Below the pieces are notes generated by a model, which saw only the letters and a list, made by a program, of their open reading frames with translations, searched no databases and was not told where the DNA came from. 64,000 bases of DNA. Origin: Eledone cirrhosa (lineage: Eukaryota). The position numbers and the translations under genes were made by a program. Shown piece after piece: positions 1-13,365 of this stretch (positions are counted from its first letter, which is position 1; each line of letters starts with the position of its first letter). The DNA lies in assembly GCA_964016885.1 (NCBI GenBank), contig OZ024743.1, positions 137,950,001-138,014,000 of the forward strand. Reading direction: 5' to 3'.

Positions 1-1950
1 CTTGGTGCTTCGTGTTTGGTGCTTGGTGCTTGGTGCTTGGTGCTTGGTGTTTGGTGCATGGTGCTTGATGTTTGGGGCTTGGTGCCTGGTGCTTGGTGTT
101 TGGTGCTTGGTGCTTGGTGCTTGGTGTTTGGTGTTTGGTGCTTGGTGCTTGGTGTTTGGTGCTTGGTGTTTGGTGCTTGGTGTTCGGTGCTTGGTGCTTG
201 GTGCTTGGTACTTGGTGTTAGGTTTTTGGTGCTTGGGGCTTGGTGTTTGGTGTTTGGTGCTTGGTGCTTGGTGTTTGGTGTTTGGTGCTTGGTGTTTGGT
301 GTTTGGTGCTTTGTGCTTGGTGTTTGGTGCTGGGTGTATGGTGTTTGGAGCTTGGTGCTTGGTGCTTGGTGTTTGGTGTTTGGTGCTTGGTACTTGGTGT
401 TTGGTGTTTGATGCTTGGTGTTTGATGCTTGTTGCTTGGTGCTTGGTGTTTTGTGTTTGGTGTTTGGTGCTTGGTGTATGTACTTGGTGCTTGGTGCTTG
501 GTGTTTGGTGCTTGGTTCTTGGTGTTTGGTGCTTGGTGCTTGGTGCTTGGTGTTTGGTGCTTGGTGCTTGGTGTTTGGTGCTTGGTGTTTGGTGTCTGGT
601 GCTTGGTGTTTGGTACTTGGTGCTTGGTGCTTGGTTTTAAGTGTTTAGTGCTTGGTGCTTGGTGTTTGGTGCCTCGTGCTTGGTGCTTGGTGTTTGGTGC
701 ATGGTGCTTGGTGTTTGGGGCTTGGTGCCTGGTGCTTTGTGTTTGGTGCTAGGTGCTTGGTGCTTGGTCTTTGGTGATTGGTGCTTGGTGCTTGGTGCTT
801 GGTGTTTGGTGCTTGGTGCTTGGTGCTTGGTTATTAGTGTTTGGTGCTTGGTGCTTGGGGTTTGGTGTTTGGTGCTTGGTGCTTGGTGTTTGGTGTTTGC
901 TGTATGGTGTTTGCTGTTTCGTGTTTGGTGTTTGCTGTTTGGTGTTTAATGCTTGGTGCTTGGTGCTTGGTGTTTGGTGGTTGGTGCTTGGTGCTTGGTG
1001 ATTGGCGTTTGCTCTTTGCTGTTTGGTGTTTGGTGCTTGCTGTTTGGTGTTTGGTGTTTGGTGTTTGGTGTTTGGTGCTTGCTGTTTGGTGCTTGGTGCT
1101 TGGTGTTTGGTGTTTGGTGTTTGGTGCTTGGTGCTTGGTGTTTGGTGGTTGGTGCTTGGTGCTGGGTGTTTGGTGCTTGGTGCTTGGTGTTTGGTGCTTG
1201 GTGCTTGGTACTTGGTGTTTGGTGTTTGATGCTTGGTGTTTGATGCTTGTTGCTTGGTGCTTGGTGTTTTGTGTTTGGTGTTTGGTGCTTGGTGTATGTA
1301 CTTGGTGCTTGGTGCTTGGTGTTTGGTGCTTGGTTCTTGGTGTTTGGTGCTTGGTGCTTGGTATTTGGTGCTTGGTGTTTGGTGTTTGGTGCTTGGTGTT
1401 TGGTGCTTGGTGCTTGGTGCTTGGTGTTTGGCGTTTGCTCTTTGCTGTTTGGTGTTTGGTGCTTGGTGTTTGGTGCTTGGTGTTTGGTGCTTGGTGCTTG
1501 GTGTTTGGTACTTGGTGCTTGGTGATTAGTGTTTGGTGCATGGTGCTTGGTGTTTGTTGTTTGGTGCTTGGTGCTTGGTGTTTGGTGCTTGGTGCTTCCT
1601 GTTTGGTGTTTGGTGTTTGGTGCTTGGTGCTTGGTGTTTGGTGCTTGGTGTTTGGTTCTTGGTGTATGTACTTGGTGCTTGGTGCTTGGTGTTTGGTGCT
1701 TGGTTCTTGGTGTTTGGTGCTTGGTGTTTGGTGTTTGGTGCTTGGTGTTTGGTGCTTGGTGCTTGGTGCTTGGTGTTAAGTGTTTGGTGCATGGTGCTTG
1801 GTGTTTGGTGCTTCGTGCTTGGTGCTTGGTGTTTGGTGCGTGGTGCTTGATGTTTGGGGCTTGGTGCCTGGTGTTTGGTGTTTGGTGCTTGGTGCTTGGT
1901 GCTTGGTGTTTGGTGTTTGGTGCTTGGTGCTTGGTGTTTGGTGCTTGGTG
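1..1950. repeat. Higher-order block H1, copy 1 of 4 (others at 8652-10601, 11161-13110, 16259-18208)
   Basis: Sequence lines from position 1 and from 11161 read the same for ~1.95 kb (one difference noticed, T534 vs C11694). The 235-aa minus ORF recurs at 834, 9485, 11994 and 17092 (offsets 8651, 11160, 16258). Confidence 0.95.
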
Positions 1951-3999
1951 TTTGGTGCTTGGTGTTCAGTGCTTGGTGCTTGGTGCTTGGTACTTGGTGT
2001 TAGGTTTTTGGTGCTTGGGGCTTGGTGTTTGGTGTTTGGTGCTTGGTGCTTGGTGTTTGGTGTTTGGTGCTTGGTGTTTGGTGCTTGGTGCTTTGTGCTT
2101 GGTGTTTGGTGCTGGGTGTATGGTGTTTGGTGCTTGGTGCTTGGTGCTTGGTGTTTGGTGTTTGGTGCTTGGTACTTGGTGTTTGGTGTTTGATGCTTGG
2201 TGTTTGATGCTTGTTGCTTGGTGCTTGGTGTTTTGTGTTTGGTGTTTGGTGCTTGGTGTTTGGTGCTTGGTGCTTGGTGTTTGGTGCTTGGTGTTTGGTG
2301 TTTGGTGTTTGGTGTTTGGTGCTTGGTGCTTGGTGTTTGGTGCTTGGTGCTTGGTGCTGGGTGTTTGGTGCTTGGTGCTTGGTGTTTGGTGCTTGGTGCT
2401 TGATGCTTGGTGCTTGGTGTTTGGTCCTTGGTCCTTGGTGCTTGGTCTTTGGTGCTTGGGGTTTGGTGTTTGGTGCTTGGTGCTTGGTGTTTGGTGCTTG
2501 GTGCTTGGTGCTTGGTGTTTGGTGTTTGGTGCTTGCTGCTTGGTGCTTGGTGTTTGGTGCTTGGTGCTTGGTGATTAGTGTTTGGTGCATGCTGCTTGGT
2601 GTTTGTTGTTTGGTGCTTGGTGCTTGGTGTTTGGTGCTTGGTGCTTGCTGTTTGGTGTTTGGTGTTTGGTGCTTGGTGCTTGGTGTTTGGTGTTTGGTGT
2701 TTGGTGTTTGGTGTTTGGTGCTTGGTGCTTGGTGTTTGGTGCTTGGTGTTTGGTGCTTGGTGTATGTACTTGGTGCTTGGTGCTTGGTGTTTGGTGCTTG
2801 GTTCTTGGTGTTTGGTGCTTGGTGCTTGGTGCTTGGTGTTTGGAGCTTGGTGCTTGGTGTTTGGTACTTGGTGCTTGGTGTTTGGTGTTTGGTGCTTGGT
2901 GTTTGGTGCTTGGTGCTTGGTGCTTGGTGTTAAGTGTTTGGTGCTTGGTGCTTCGTGTTTGGTGCTTCGTGCTTGGTGCTTGGTGTTTGGTGCATGGTGC
3001 TTGATGTTTGGGGCTTGGTGCCTGGTGCTTGGTGTTTGGTGCTTGGTGCTTGGTGCTTGGTGTTTGGTGTTTGGTGCTTGGTGCTTGGTGTTTGGTGCTT
3101 GGTGTTTGGTGCTTGGTGTTCGGTGCTTGGTGCTTGGGGCTTGGTACTTGGTGTTAGGTTTTTGGTGCTTGGGGCTTGGTGTTTGGTGTTTGGTGCTTGG
3201 TGCTTGGTGTTTGGTGTTTGGTGCTTGGTGTTTGGTGTTTGGTGCTTTGTGCTTGGTGTTTGGTGCTGGGTGTATGGTGTTTGGTGCTTGGTGCTTGGTG
3301 CTTGGTGTTTGGTGTTTGGTGCTTGGTACTTGGTGTTTGGTGTTTGATGCTTGGTGTTTGATGCTTGTTGCTTGGTGCTTGGTGTTTTGTGTTTGGTGTT
3401 TGGTGCTTGGTGTATGTACTTGGTGCTTGGTGCTTGGTGTTTGGTGCTTGGTTCTTGGTGTTTGGTGCTTGGTGCTTGGTGCTTGGTGTTTGGTGCTTGG
3501 TGCTTGGTGTTTGGTGCTTGGTGTTTGGTGTTTGGTGCTTGGTGTTTGGTACTTGGTGCTTGGTGCTTTGTTTTAAGTGTTTAGTGCTTGGTGCTTGGTG
3601 TTTGGTGCTTCGTGCTTGGTGCTTGGTGTTTGGTGCATGGTGCTTGGTGTTTGGGGCTTGGTGCCTGGTGCTTTGTGTTTGGTGCTAGGTGCTTGGTGCT
3701 TGGTCTTTGGTGCTTGGTGCTTGGTGCTTGGTGCTTGGTGTTTGGTGCTTGGTGCTTGGTGCTTGGTTATTAGTGCTTGGTGCTTGGTGTTTGGTGTTTA
3801 ATGCTTGGTGCTTGGTGCTTGGTGGTTGGTGCTTGGTGCTTGGTGCTTGGTGTTTGGTGGTTGGTGCTTGGTGCTGGGTGTTTGGTGCTAGGTGCTTGGT
3901 GTTTGGTGCTTGGTGCTTGGTGCTTGGTTCTTGGTCTTTGGTGCTTGGTGTTTGGTGCTTGATGCTTGGTGCTTGGTGTTTGGTGCTTGGGGCTTGTTG

Positions 4000-6900
4000 T
4001 TTGGTGCTTGGTGCTTGGTGATTAGTGTTTGGTGCTTGGTGCTTGGTGCCTGGTGCTTGGTGCTTGTTGTTTGGTGCTTGGTGCTTGGTGATTAGTGTTT
4101 GGTGCTTGGTGCTTGGGGCTTGGTGTTTGGTGCTTGGTGCTTGGTGCTTGCTGTTTGGTGGTTGCTGTTTGGTGCTTGGTGTTTGGTGCTTGGTGCTTGG
4201 TGCTTGGTTTTTGGTGCTTGGTGCTTGGTGCTTGGTGTTTGGTGCTTGGTGCTTGGTGCTTGTTGTTTGGTGCTTGGTGCTTGGTCTTTGCTGCTTGGTG
4301 TTTGGTGTTTGGTGCTTGGTGCTTGGTGTTTGGTGCTTGGTGCCTGGTGCTTGGTGTTTGGTGCTTGGTGCTTGGTGTTTGCTGATTGGTGCTTGGTGCT
4401 TGGTGCTTGGTGCTTAGTGCTTGGTGTTTGGTGTTTGGTGCTTGGTGTTTGGTGTTTGGTGTTTGATGCTTGGTTTTTGCTGCTTGGTGCTTGGTGCTTG
4501 GTGCTTGGTGTTCTGTGTTTGGTGCTTGGTGCTTGGTGCCTGGTGCTTGTTGCTTGGTGCTTGTTGTTTGGTGCTTGGTGCTTGGTGATTAGTCTTTGGT
4601 GCTTGGTGCTTGGTGTTTGGTGTTTGGTGTTTCGTGCTTGGTGTCTAGTGTTTGGGTTTTGGTGTTTCGTGCTTGGTGCTTAGTGTTTGGTGTTTGGTGA
4701 TTGGTGCTTGGTGTTTGGTGTTTGGTGCTTGGTGTTTGGTGCTTGGTGCTTTGAGCTTGGTGTTTGGTGCTGGGTGTATGGTGTTTGGTGCTTGGTGCTT
4801 GGTGCTTGGTGTTTGGTGTTTGGTGCTTGGTACTTGGTGTTTGGTGTTTGATGCTTGGTGTTTGATGCTTGTTGCTTGGTGCTTGGTGTTTTGTGTTTGG
4901 TGTTTGGTGCTTGGTGTATATACTTGGTGCTTGGTGCTTGGTGTTTGGTGCTTGGTTCTTGGTGTTTGGTGCTTGGTGCTTGGTGTTTGGTGCTTGGTGT
5001 TTGGTGTTTGGTGCTTGGTGTTTGGTACTTGGTGCTTGGTGCTTGGTGTTTGGTGCTTGGTTCTTGGTTTTTGGTGTTTGTTGCTTGGTGCTTGGTGTTT
5101 GGTGCTTGGTACTTGGTGTTTGGTGCTTGGTGTTTGGTGTTTGGTGCTTGGTGTTTGGTACTTGGTGCTTGGTGCTTGGTGTTAAGTGTTTGGTGCTTGG
5201 TGTTTGGTGCTTCGTGCTTGGTGCTTGGTGTTTGGTGCATGGTGCTTGGTGTTTGGGGCTTGGTGCCTGGTGCTTTCTGTTTGGTGCTAGGTGCTTGGTG
5301 CTTGGTCTTTGGTGTTTGGTGCTTGGTGCTTGGTGCTTGGTGTTTGGTGCTTGGTGCTTGGTGCTTGGTAATTAGTGTTTGGTGCTTGGTGCTTGGGGTT
5401 TGGTGTTTGGTGCTTGGTGCTTGGTGTTTGGTGTTTGCTGTATGGTGTTTGCTGTTTCGTGTTTGGTGTTTGGTGTTTGGTGTTTAATGCTTGGTGCTTG
5501 GTGTTAGGTGTTTGGTGTTTGGTGCTTGGTGCTTGGTGTTTGGTGCTTGGTGCTTGGTGCTGGGTATTTGGTGCTTGGTGCTTGGTGTTTGGTGCTTGGT
5601 GCTTGATGCTTGGTGCTTGGTGTTTGGTCCTTGGTGCTTGGTGCTTGGTCTTTGGTGCTTGGGGTTTGGTGTTTGGTGCTTGGTGCTTGGTGTTTGGTGC
5701 TTGGTGCTTGGTGCTTGGTGCTTGGTGTTTGGTGCTTGCTGCTTGGTGCTTGGTGTTTGGTGCTTGGTGCTTGGTGATTAGTGTTTGGTGCATGGTGCTT
5801 GGTGTTTGTTGTTTGGTGCTTGGTGCTTGGTGTTTGGTGCTTGGTGCTTGCTGTTTGGTGCTTGGTGTTTGGTGCTTGGTGCTTGGTGTTTGGTGTTTGG
5901 TGTTTGGTACTTGGTGCTTGGTGCTTGGTGCTTGGTGTTAAGTGTTTGGTGCTTGGTGCTTGGTGTTTGGTGCTTCGTGCTTGGTGCTTGGTGTTTGGTG
6001 CATGGTGCTTGGTGTTTGGGGCTTGGTGCCTGGGGCTTTGTGTTTGGTGCTAGGTGCTTGGTGCTTGGTCTTTGGTGTTTGGTGCTTGGTGCTTGGTGCT
6101 TGGTGTTTGGTGCTTGATGCTTGGTGCTTGGTTATTAGTGTTTGGTGCTTGGTGCTTGGGGTTTGGTGTTTGGTGCTTGGTGCTTGGTGTTTGGTGTTTG
6201 CTGTATGGTGTTTGCTGTTTCGTGTTTGGTGTTTGCTGTTTGGTGTTTAATGCTTGGTGCTTGGTGCTTGGTGTTTGGTGCTTGGTGCTTGGTGCTTGGT
6301 GTTTGGCGTTTGCTCTTTGCTGTTTGGTGTTTGGTGCTTGCTGTTTGGTGTTTGGTGTTTGGTGTTTGGTGTTTGGTGCTTGCTGTTTGGTGCTTGGTGC
6401 TTGGTGTTTGGTGTTTGGTGTTTGGTGCTTGGTGCTTGGTGTTTGGTGGTTGGTGCTTGGTGCTGGGTGTTTGGTGCTAGGTGCTTGGTGCTTGGTGCTT
6501 GGTGCTTGGTCTTTGGTGCTTGGTGTTTGGTGCTTGGTGCTTGGTGCTTGGTGTTTGGTGCTTGGGGCTTGGTGTTTGGTGCTTGGTGATTGCTGCTTGG
6601 TGTTTGGTGTTTGGTGCTTGGTGCTTGGTGCTTGGTGATTAGTGTTTGGTGCTTGGTGCTTGGTGCCTTGTGCTTGGTGTTTGGTGCTTGTTGTTTGGTG
6701 CTTGGTGCTTGGTGATTAGTGTTTGGTGCTTGGTGCTTGGTGCCTGGTGCTTGGTGCTTGTTGTTTGGTGCTTGGTGCTTGGTGATTAGTGTTTGGTGCT
6801 TGGTGCTTGGGGCTTGGTGTTTGGTGCTTGGTGCTTGGTGCTTGCTGTTTGGTGGTTGCTGTTTGGTGCTTGGTGTTTGGTGCTTGGTGCTTGGTGCTTG

Positions 6901-8400
6901 GTTTTTGGTGCTTGGTGCTTGGTGCTTGGTGTTTGGTGCTTGGTGCTTGGTGCTTGTTGTTTGGTGCTTGGTGCTTGGTCTTTGGTGCTTGGTGTTTGTT
7001 GTTTGGTGCTTGTTGCTTGGTGTTTGGTGCTTGGTGCCTGGTGCTTGGTGTTTGGTGCTTGGTGCTTGGTGTTTGCTGATTGGTGCTTGGTGCTTGGTGC
7101 TTGGTGCTTAGTGCTTGGTGTTTGGTGTTTGGTGCTTGGTGTTTGGTGTTTGGTGTTTGATGCTTGGTTTTTGCTGCTTGGTGCTTGGTGCTTGGTGCTT
7201 GGTGTTCTGTATTTGGTTCTTGGTGCTTGGTGGCTGGTGCTTGGTGCTTGGTGCTTGTTGTTTGGTGCTTGGTGCTTGGTGATTAGTCTTTGGTGCTTGG
7301 TGTTTGGTGTTTGGTGTTTCGTGCTTGGTGTCTAGTGTTTGGTGTTTGGTGCTTGGTGCTTGGTGTTTGGTGTTTGGTGCTTGGTGTTTGGTGCTTGGTG
7401 CTTTGAGCTTGGTGTTTGGTGCTGGGTGTATGGTGTTTGGTGCTTGGTGCTTGGTGCTTGGTGTTTGGTGTTTGGTGCTTGGTACTTGGTGTTTGGTGTT
7501 TGATGCTTGGTGTTTGATGCTTGTTGCTTGGTGCTTGGTGTTTTGTGTTTGGTGTTTGGTGCTTGGTGTATGTACTTGGTGCTTGGTGCTTGGTGTTTGG
7601 TGCTTGGTTCTTGGTGTTTGGTGCTTGGTGTTTGGTGTTTGGTGCTTGGTGTTTGGTGTTTGGTGCTTGGTGTTTGGTACTTGGTGCTTGGTGCTTGGTG
7701 TTTGGTGCTTGGTTCTTGGTTTTTGGTGCTTGGTGCTTGGTGCTTGGTGTTTGGTGCTTGGTACTTGGTGTTTGGTGCTTGGTGTTAGGTGTTTGGTGCT
7801 TGGTGTTTGGTACTTGGTGCTTGGTGCTTGGTGTTAAGTGTTTGGTGCTTGGTGTTTGGTGCTTCGTGCTTGGTGCTTGGTGTTTGGTGCATGGTGCTTG
7901 GTGTTTGGGGCTTGGTGCCTGGTGCTTTCTGTTTGGTGCTAGGTGCTTGGTGCTTGGTCTTTGGTGTTTGGTGCTTGGTGCTTGGTGCTTGGTGTTTGGT
8001 GCTTGGTGCTTGGTGCTTGGTAATTAGTGTTTAGTGCTTGGTGCTTGGGGTTTGGTGTTTGGTGCTTGGTGCTTGGTGTTTGGTGTTTGCTGTATGGTGT
8101 TTGCTGTTTCGTGTTTGGTGTTTGGTGTTTGGTGTTTAATGCTTGGTGCTTGGTGTTTGGTGTTTGGTGTTTGGTGCTTGGTGCTTGGTGTTTGGTGCTT
8201 GGTGCTTGGTGCTGGGTGTTTGGTGCTTGGTGCTTGGTGTTTGGTGCTTGGTGCTTCATGCTTGGTGCTTGGTGTTTGGTCCTTGGTGCTTGGTGCTCGG
8301 TCTTTGGTGCTTGGGGTTTGGTGTTTGGTGCTTGGTGCTTGGTGTTTGGTGCTTGGTGCTTGGTGCTTGGTGTTTGGTGTTTGGTGCTTGCTGCTTGGTG
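4000..8400. repeat. Older imperfect duplication, offset 2652-2694 bp (~4000-5750 vs ~6700-8400)
   Basis: ORF pairs 4025/6719 (2694), and 4652/7304, 4855/7507, 5375/8027 (2652). These copies show more substitutions than the 2509-bp pair. Confidence 0.8.
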
Positions 8401-11400
8401 CTTGGTGTTTGGTGTTTGGTGTTTGGTGCTTGGTGCTTGATGTTTGGTGCTTGGTGTTTGGTGCTTGGTGTATGTACTTGGTGCTTGGTGCTTGGTGTTT
8501 GGTGCTTGGTTCTTGGTGTTTGGTGCTTGGTGCTTGGTGCTTGGTGTTTGGTGCTTGGTGCTTGGTGTTTGGTACTTAGTGCTTGGTGTTTGGTGTTTGG
8601 TGCTTGGTGTTTGGTGCTTGGTGCTTGGTGCTTGGTGTTAAGTGTTTGGTGCTTGGTGCTTCGTGTTTGGTGCTTGGTGCTTGGTGCTTGGTGCTTGGTG
8701 TTTGGTGCATGGTGCTTGATGTTTGGGGCTTGGTGCCTGGTGCTTGGTGTTTGGTGCTTGGTGCTTGGTGCTTGGTGTTTGGTGTTTGGTGCTTGGTGCT
8801 TGGTGTTTGGTGCTTGGTGTTTGGTGCTTGGTGTTCGGTGCTTGGTGCTTGGTGCTTGGTACTTGGTGTTAGGTTTTTGGTGCTTGGGGCTTGGTGTTTG
8901 GTGTTTGGTGCTTGGTGCTTGGTGTTTGGTGTTTGGTGCTTGGTGTTTGGTGTTTGGTGCTTTGTGCTTGGTGTTTGGTGCTGGGTGTATGGTGTTTGGA
9001 GCTTGGTGCTTGGTGCTTGGTGTTTGGTGTTTGGTGCTTGGTACTTGGTGTTTGGTGTTTGATGCTTGGTGTTTGATGCTTGTTGCTTGGTGCTTGGTGT
9101 TTTGTGTTTGGTGTTTGGTGCTTGGTGTATGTACTTGGTGCTTGGTGCTTGGTGTTTGGTGCTTGGTTCTTGGTGTTTGGTGCTTGGTGCTTGGTGCTTG
9201 GTGTTTGGTGCTTGGTGCTTGGTGTTTGGTGCTTGGTGTTTGGTGTCTGGTGCTTGGTGTTTGGTACTTGGTGCTTGGTGCTTGGTTTTAAGTGTTTAGT
9301 GCTTGGTGCTTGGTGTTTGGTGCCTCGTGCTTGGTGCTTGGTGTTTGGTGCATGGTGCTTGGTGTTTGGGGCTTGGTGCCTGGTGCTTTGTGTTTGGTGC
9401 TAGGTGCTTGGTGCTTGGTCTTTGGTGATTGGTGCTTGGTGCTTGGTGCTTGGTGTTTGGTGCTTGGTGCTTGGTGCTTGGTTATTAGTGTTTGGTGCTT
9501 GGTGCTTGGGGTTTGGTGTTTGGTGCTTGGTGCTTGGTGTTTGGTGTTTGCTGTATGGTGTTTGCTGTTTCGTGTTTGGTGTTTGCTGTTTGGTGTTTAA
9601 TGCTTGGTGCTTGGTGCTTGGTGTTTGGTGGTTGGTGCTTGGTGCTTGGTGATTGGCGTTTGCTCTTTGCTGTTTGGTGTTTGGTGCTTGCTGTTTGGTG
9701 TTTGGTGTTTGGTGTTTGGTGTTTGGTGCTTGCTGTTTGGTGCTTGGTGCTTGGTGTTTGGTGTTTGGTGTTTGGTGCTTGGTGCTTGGTGTTTGGTGGT
9801 TGGTGCTTGGTGCTGGGTGTTTGGTGCTTGGTGCTTGGTGTTTGGTGCTTGGTGCTTGGTACTTGGTGTTTGGTGTTTGATGCTTGGTGTTTGATGCTTG
9901 TTGCTTGGTGCTTGGTGTTTTGTGTTTGGTGTTTGGTGCTTGGTGTATGTACTTGGTGCTTGGTGCTTGGTGTTTGGTGCTTGGTTCTTGGTGTTTGGTG
10001 CTTGGTGCTTGGTATTTGGTGCTTGGTGTTTGGTGTTTGGTGCTTGGTGTTTGGTGCTTGGTGCTTGGTGCTTGGTGTTTGGCGTTTGCTCTTTGCTGTT
10101 TGGTGTTTGGTGCTTGGTGTTTGGTGCTTGGTGTTTGGTGCTTGGTGCTTGGTGTTTGGTACTTGGTGCTTGGTGATTAGTGTTTGGTGCATGGTGCTTG
10201 GTGTTTGTTGTTTGGTGCTTGGTGCTTGGTGTTTGGTGCTTGGTGCTTCCTGTTTGGTGTTTGGTGTTTGGTGCTTGGTGCTTGGTGTTTGGTGCTTGGT
10301 GTTTGGTTCTTGGTGTATGTACTTGGTGCTTGGTGCTTGGTGTTTGGTGCTTGGTTCTTGGTGTTTGGTGCTTGGTGTTTGGTGTTTGGTGCTTGGTGTT
10401 TGGTGCTTGGTGCTTGGTGCTTGGTGTTAAGTGTTTGGTGCATGGTGCTTGGTGTTTGGTGCTTCGTGCTTGGTGCTTGGTGTTTGGTGCGTGGTGCTTG
10501 ATGTTTGGGGCTTGGTGCCTGGTGTTTGGTGTTTGGTGCTTGGTGCTTGGTGCTTGGTGTTTGGTGTTTGGTGCTTGGTGCTTGGTGTTTGGTGCTTGGT
10601 GCTTGGTGCTGGGTGTTTGGTGCTTGGTGCTTGGTGTTTGGTGCTTGGTGCTTGATGCTTGGTGCTTGGTGTTTGGTCCTTGGTGCTTGGTGCTTGGTCT
10701 TTGGTGCTTGGGGTTTGGTGTTTGGTGCTTGGTGCTTGGTGTTTGGTGCTTGGTGCTTGGTGCTTGGTGCTTGGTGTTTGGTGCTTGCTGCTTGGTGCTT
10801 GGTGTTTGGTGCTTGGTGCTTGGTGATTAGTGTTTGGTGCATGGTGCTTGGTGTTTGGTGCTTGGTGCTTGGTGCTTGGTGTTTGGTGTTTGGTGCTTGC
10901 TGCTTGGTGCTTGGTGTTTGGTGTTTGGTGTTTGGTGCTTGGTGCTTGATGTTTGGTGCTTGGTGTTTGGTGCTTGGTGTATGTACTTGGTGCTTGGTGC
11001 TTGGTGTTTGGTGCTTGGTTCTTGGTGTTTGGTGCTTGGTGCTTGGTGCTTGGTGTTTGGTGCTTGGTGCTTGGTGTTTGGTACTTAGTGCTTGGTGTTT
11101 GGTGTTTGGTGCTTGGTGTTTGGTGCTTGGTGCTTGGTGCTTGGTGTTAAGTGTTTGGTGCTTGGTGCTTCGTGTTTGGTGCTTGGTGCTTGGTGCTTGG
11201 TGCTTGGTGTTTGGTGCATGGTGCTTGATGTTTGGGGCTTGGTGCCTGGTGCTTGGTGTTTGGTGCTTGGTGCTTGGTGCTTGGTGTTTGGTGTTTGGTG
11301 CTTGGTGCTTGGTGTTTGGTGCTTGGTGTTTGGTGCTTGGTGTTCGGTGCTTGGTGCTTGGTGCTTGGTACTTGGTGTTAGGTTTTTGGTGCTTGGGGCT

Positions 11401-13365
11401 TGGTGTTTGGTGTTTGGTGCTTGGTGCTTGGTGTTTGGTGTTTGGTGCTTGGTGTTTGGTGTTTGGTGCTTTGTGCTTGGTGTTTGGTGCTGGGTGTATG
11501 GTGTTTGGAGCTTGGTGCTTGGTGCTTGGTGTTTGGTGTTTGGTGCTTGGTACTTGGTGTTTGGTGTTTGATGCTTGGTGTTTGATGCTTGTTGCTTGGT
11601 GCTTGGTGTTTTGTGTTTGGTGTTTGGTGCTTGGTGTATGTACTTGGTGCTTGGTGCTTGGTGTTTGGTGCTTGGTTCTTGGTGTTTGGTGCTCGGTGCT
11701 TGGTGCTTGGTGTTTGGTGCTTGGTGCTTGGTGTTTGGTGCTTGGTGTTTGGTGTCTGGTGCTTGGTGTTTGGTACTTGGTGCTTGGTGCTTGGTTTTAA
11801 GTGTTTAGTGCTTGGTGCTTGGTGTTTGGTGCCTCGTGCTTGGTGCTTGGTGTTTGGTGCATGGTGCTTGGTGTTTGGGGCTTGGTGCCTGGTGCTTTGT
11901 GTTTGGTGCTAGGTGCTTGGTGCTTGGTCTTTGGTGATTGGTGCTTGGTGCTTGGTGCTTGGTGTTTGGTGCTTGGTGCTTGGTGCTTGGTTATTAGTGT
12001 TTGGTGCTTGGTGCTTGGGGTTTGGTGTTTGGTGCTTGGTGCTTGGTGTTTGGTGTTTGCTGTATGGTGTTTGCTGTTTCGTGTTTGGTGTTTGCTGTTT
12101 GGTGTTTAATGCTTGGTGCTTGGTGCTTGGTGTTTGGTGGTTGGTGCTTGGTGCTTGGTGATTGGCGTTTGCTCTTTGCTGTTTGGTGTTTGGTGCTTGC
12201 TGTTTGGTGTTTGGTGTTTGGTGTTTGGTGTTTGGTGCTTGCTGTTTGGTGCTTGGTGCTTGGTGTTTGGTGTTTGGTGTTTGGTGCTTGGTGCTTGGTG
12301 TTTGGTGGTTGGTGCTTGGTGCTGGGTGTTTGGTGCTTGGTGCTTGGTGTTTGGTGCTTGGTGCTTGGTACTTGGTGTTTGGTGTTTGATGCTTGGTGTT
12401 TGATGCTTGTTGCTTGGTGCTTGGTGTTTTGTGTTTGGTGTTTGGTGCTTGGTGTATGTACTTGGTGCTTGGTGCTTGGTGTTTGGTGCTTGGTTCTTGG
12501 TGTTTGGTGCTTGGTGCTTGGTATTTGGTGCTTGGTGTTTGGTGTTTGGTGCTTGGTGTTTGGTGCTTGGTGCTTGGTGCTTGGTGTTTGGCGTTTGCTC
12601 TTTGCTGTTTGGTGTTTGGTGCTTGGTGTTTGGTGCTTGGTGTTTGGTGCTTGGTGCTTGGTGTTTGGTACTTGGTGCTTGGTGATTAGTGTTTGGTGCA
12701 TGGTGCTTGGTGTTTGTTGTTTGGTGCTTGGTGCTTGGTGTTTGGTGCTTGGTGCTTCCTGTTTGGTGTTTGGTGTTTGGTGCTTGGTGCTTGGTGTTTG
12801 GTGCTTGGTGTTTGGTTCTTGGTGTATGTACTTGGTGCTTGGTGCTTGGTGTTTGGTGCTTGGTTCTTGGTGTTTGGTGCTTGGTGTTTGGTGTTTGGTG
12901 CTTGGTGTTTGGTGCTTGGTGCTTGGTGCTTGGTGTTAAGTGTTTGGTGCATGGTGCTTGGTGTTTGGTGCTTCGTGCTTGGTGCTTGGTGTTTGGTGCG
13001 TGGTGCTTGATGTTTGGGGCTTGGTGCCTGGTGTTTGGTGTTTGGTGCTTGGTGCTTGGTGCTTGGTGTTTGGTGTTTGGTGCTTGGTGCTTGGTGTTTG
13101 GTGCTTGGTGCTTGGTGCTGGGTGTTTGGTGCTTGGTGCTTGGTGTTTGGTGCTTGGTGCTTGATGCTTGGTGCTTGGTGTTTGGTCCTTGGTGCTTGGT
13201 GCTTGGTCTTTGGTGCTTGGGGTTTGGTGTTTGGTGCTTGGTGCTTGGTGTTTGGTGCTTGGTGCTTGGTGCTTGGTGCTTGGTGTTTGGTGCTTGCTGC
13301 TTGGTGCTTGGTGTTTGGTGCTTGGTGCTTGGTGATTAGTGTTTGGTGCATGGTGCTTGGTGTTT
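8340..13365. repeat. Head-to-tail tandem duplication, period 2509 bp (359 units), junction ~10842-10857
   Basis: ORF pairs 8444/10953, 8583/11092, 9485/11994 and 10177/12686 are all offset 2509. 2509 = 359x7 - 4, and four 6-bp units lie within one period. Confidence 0.94.
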
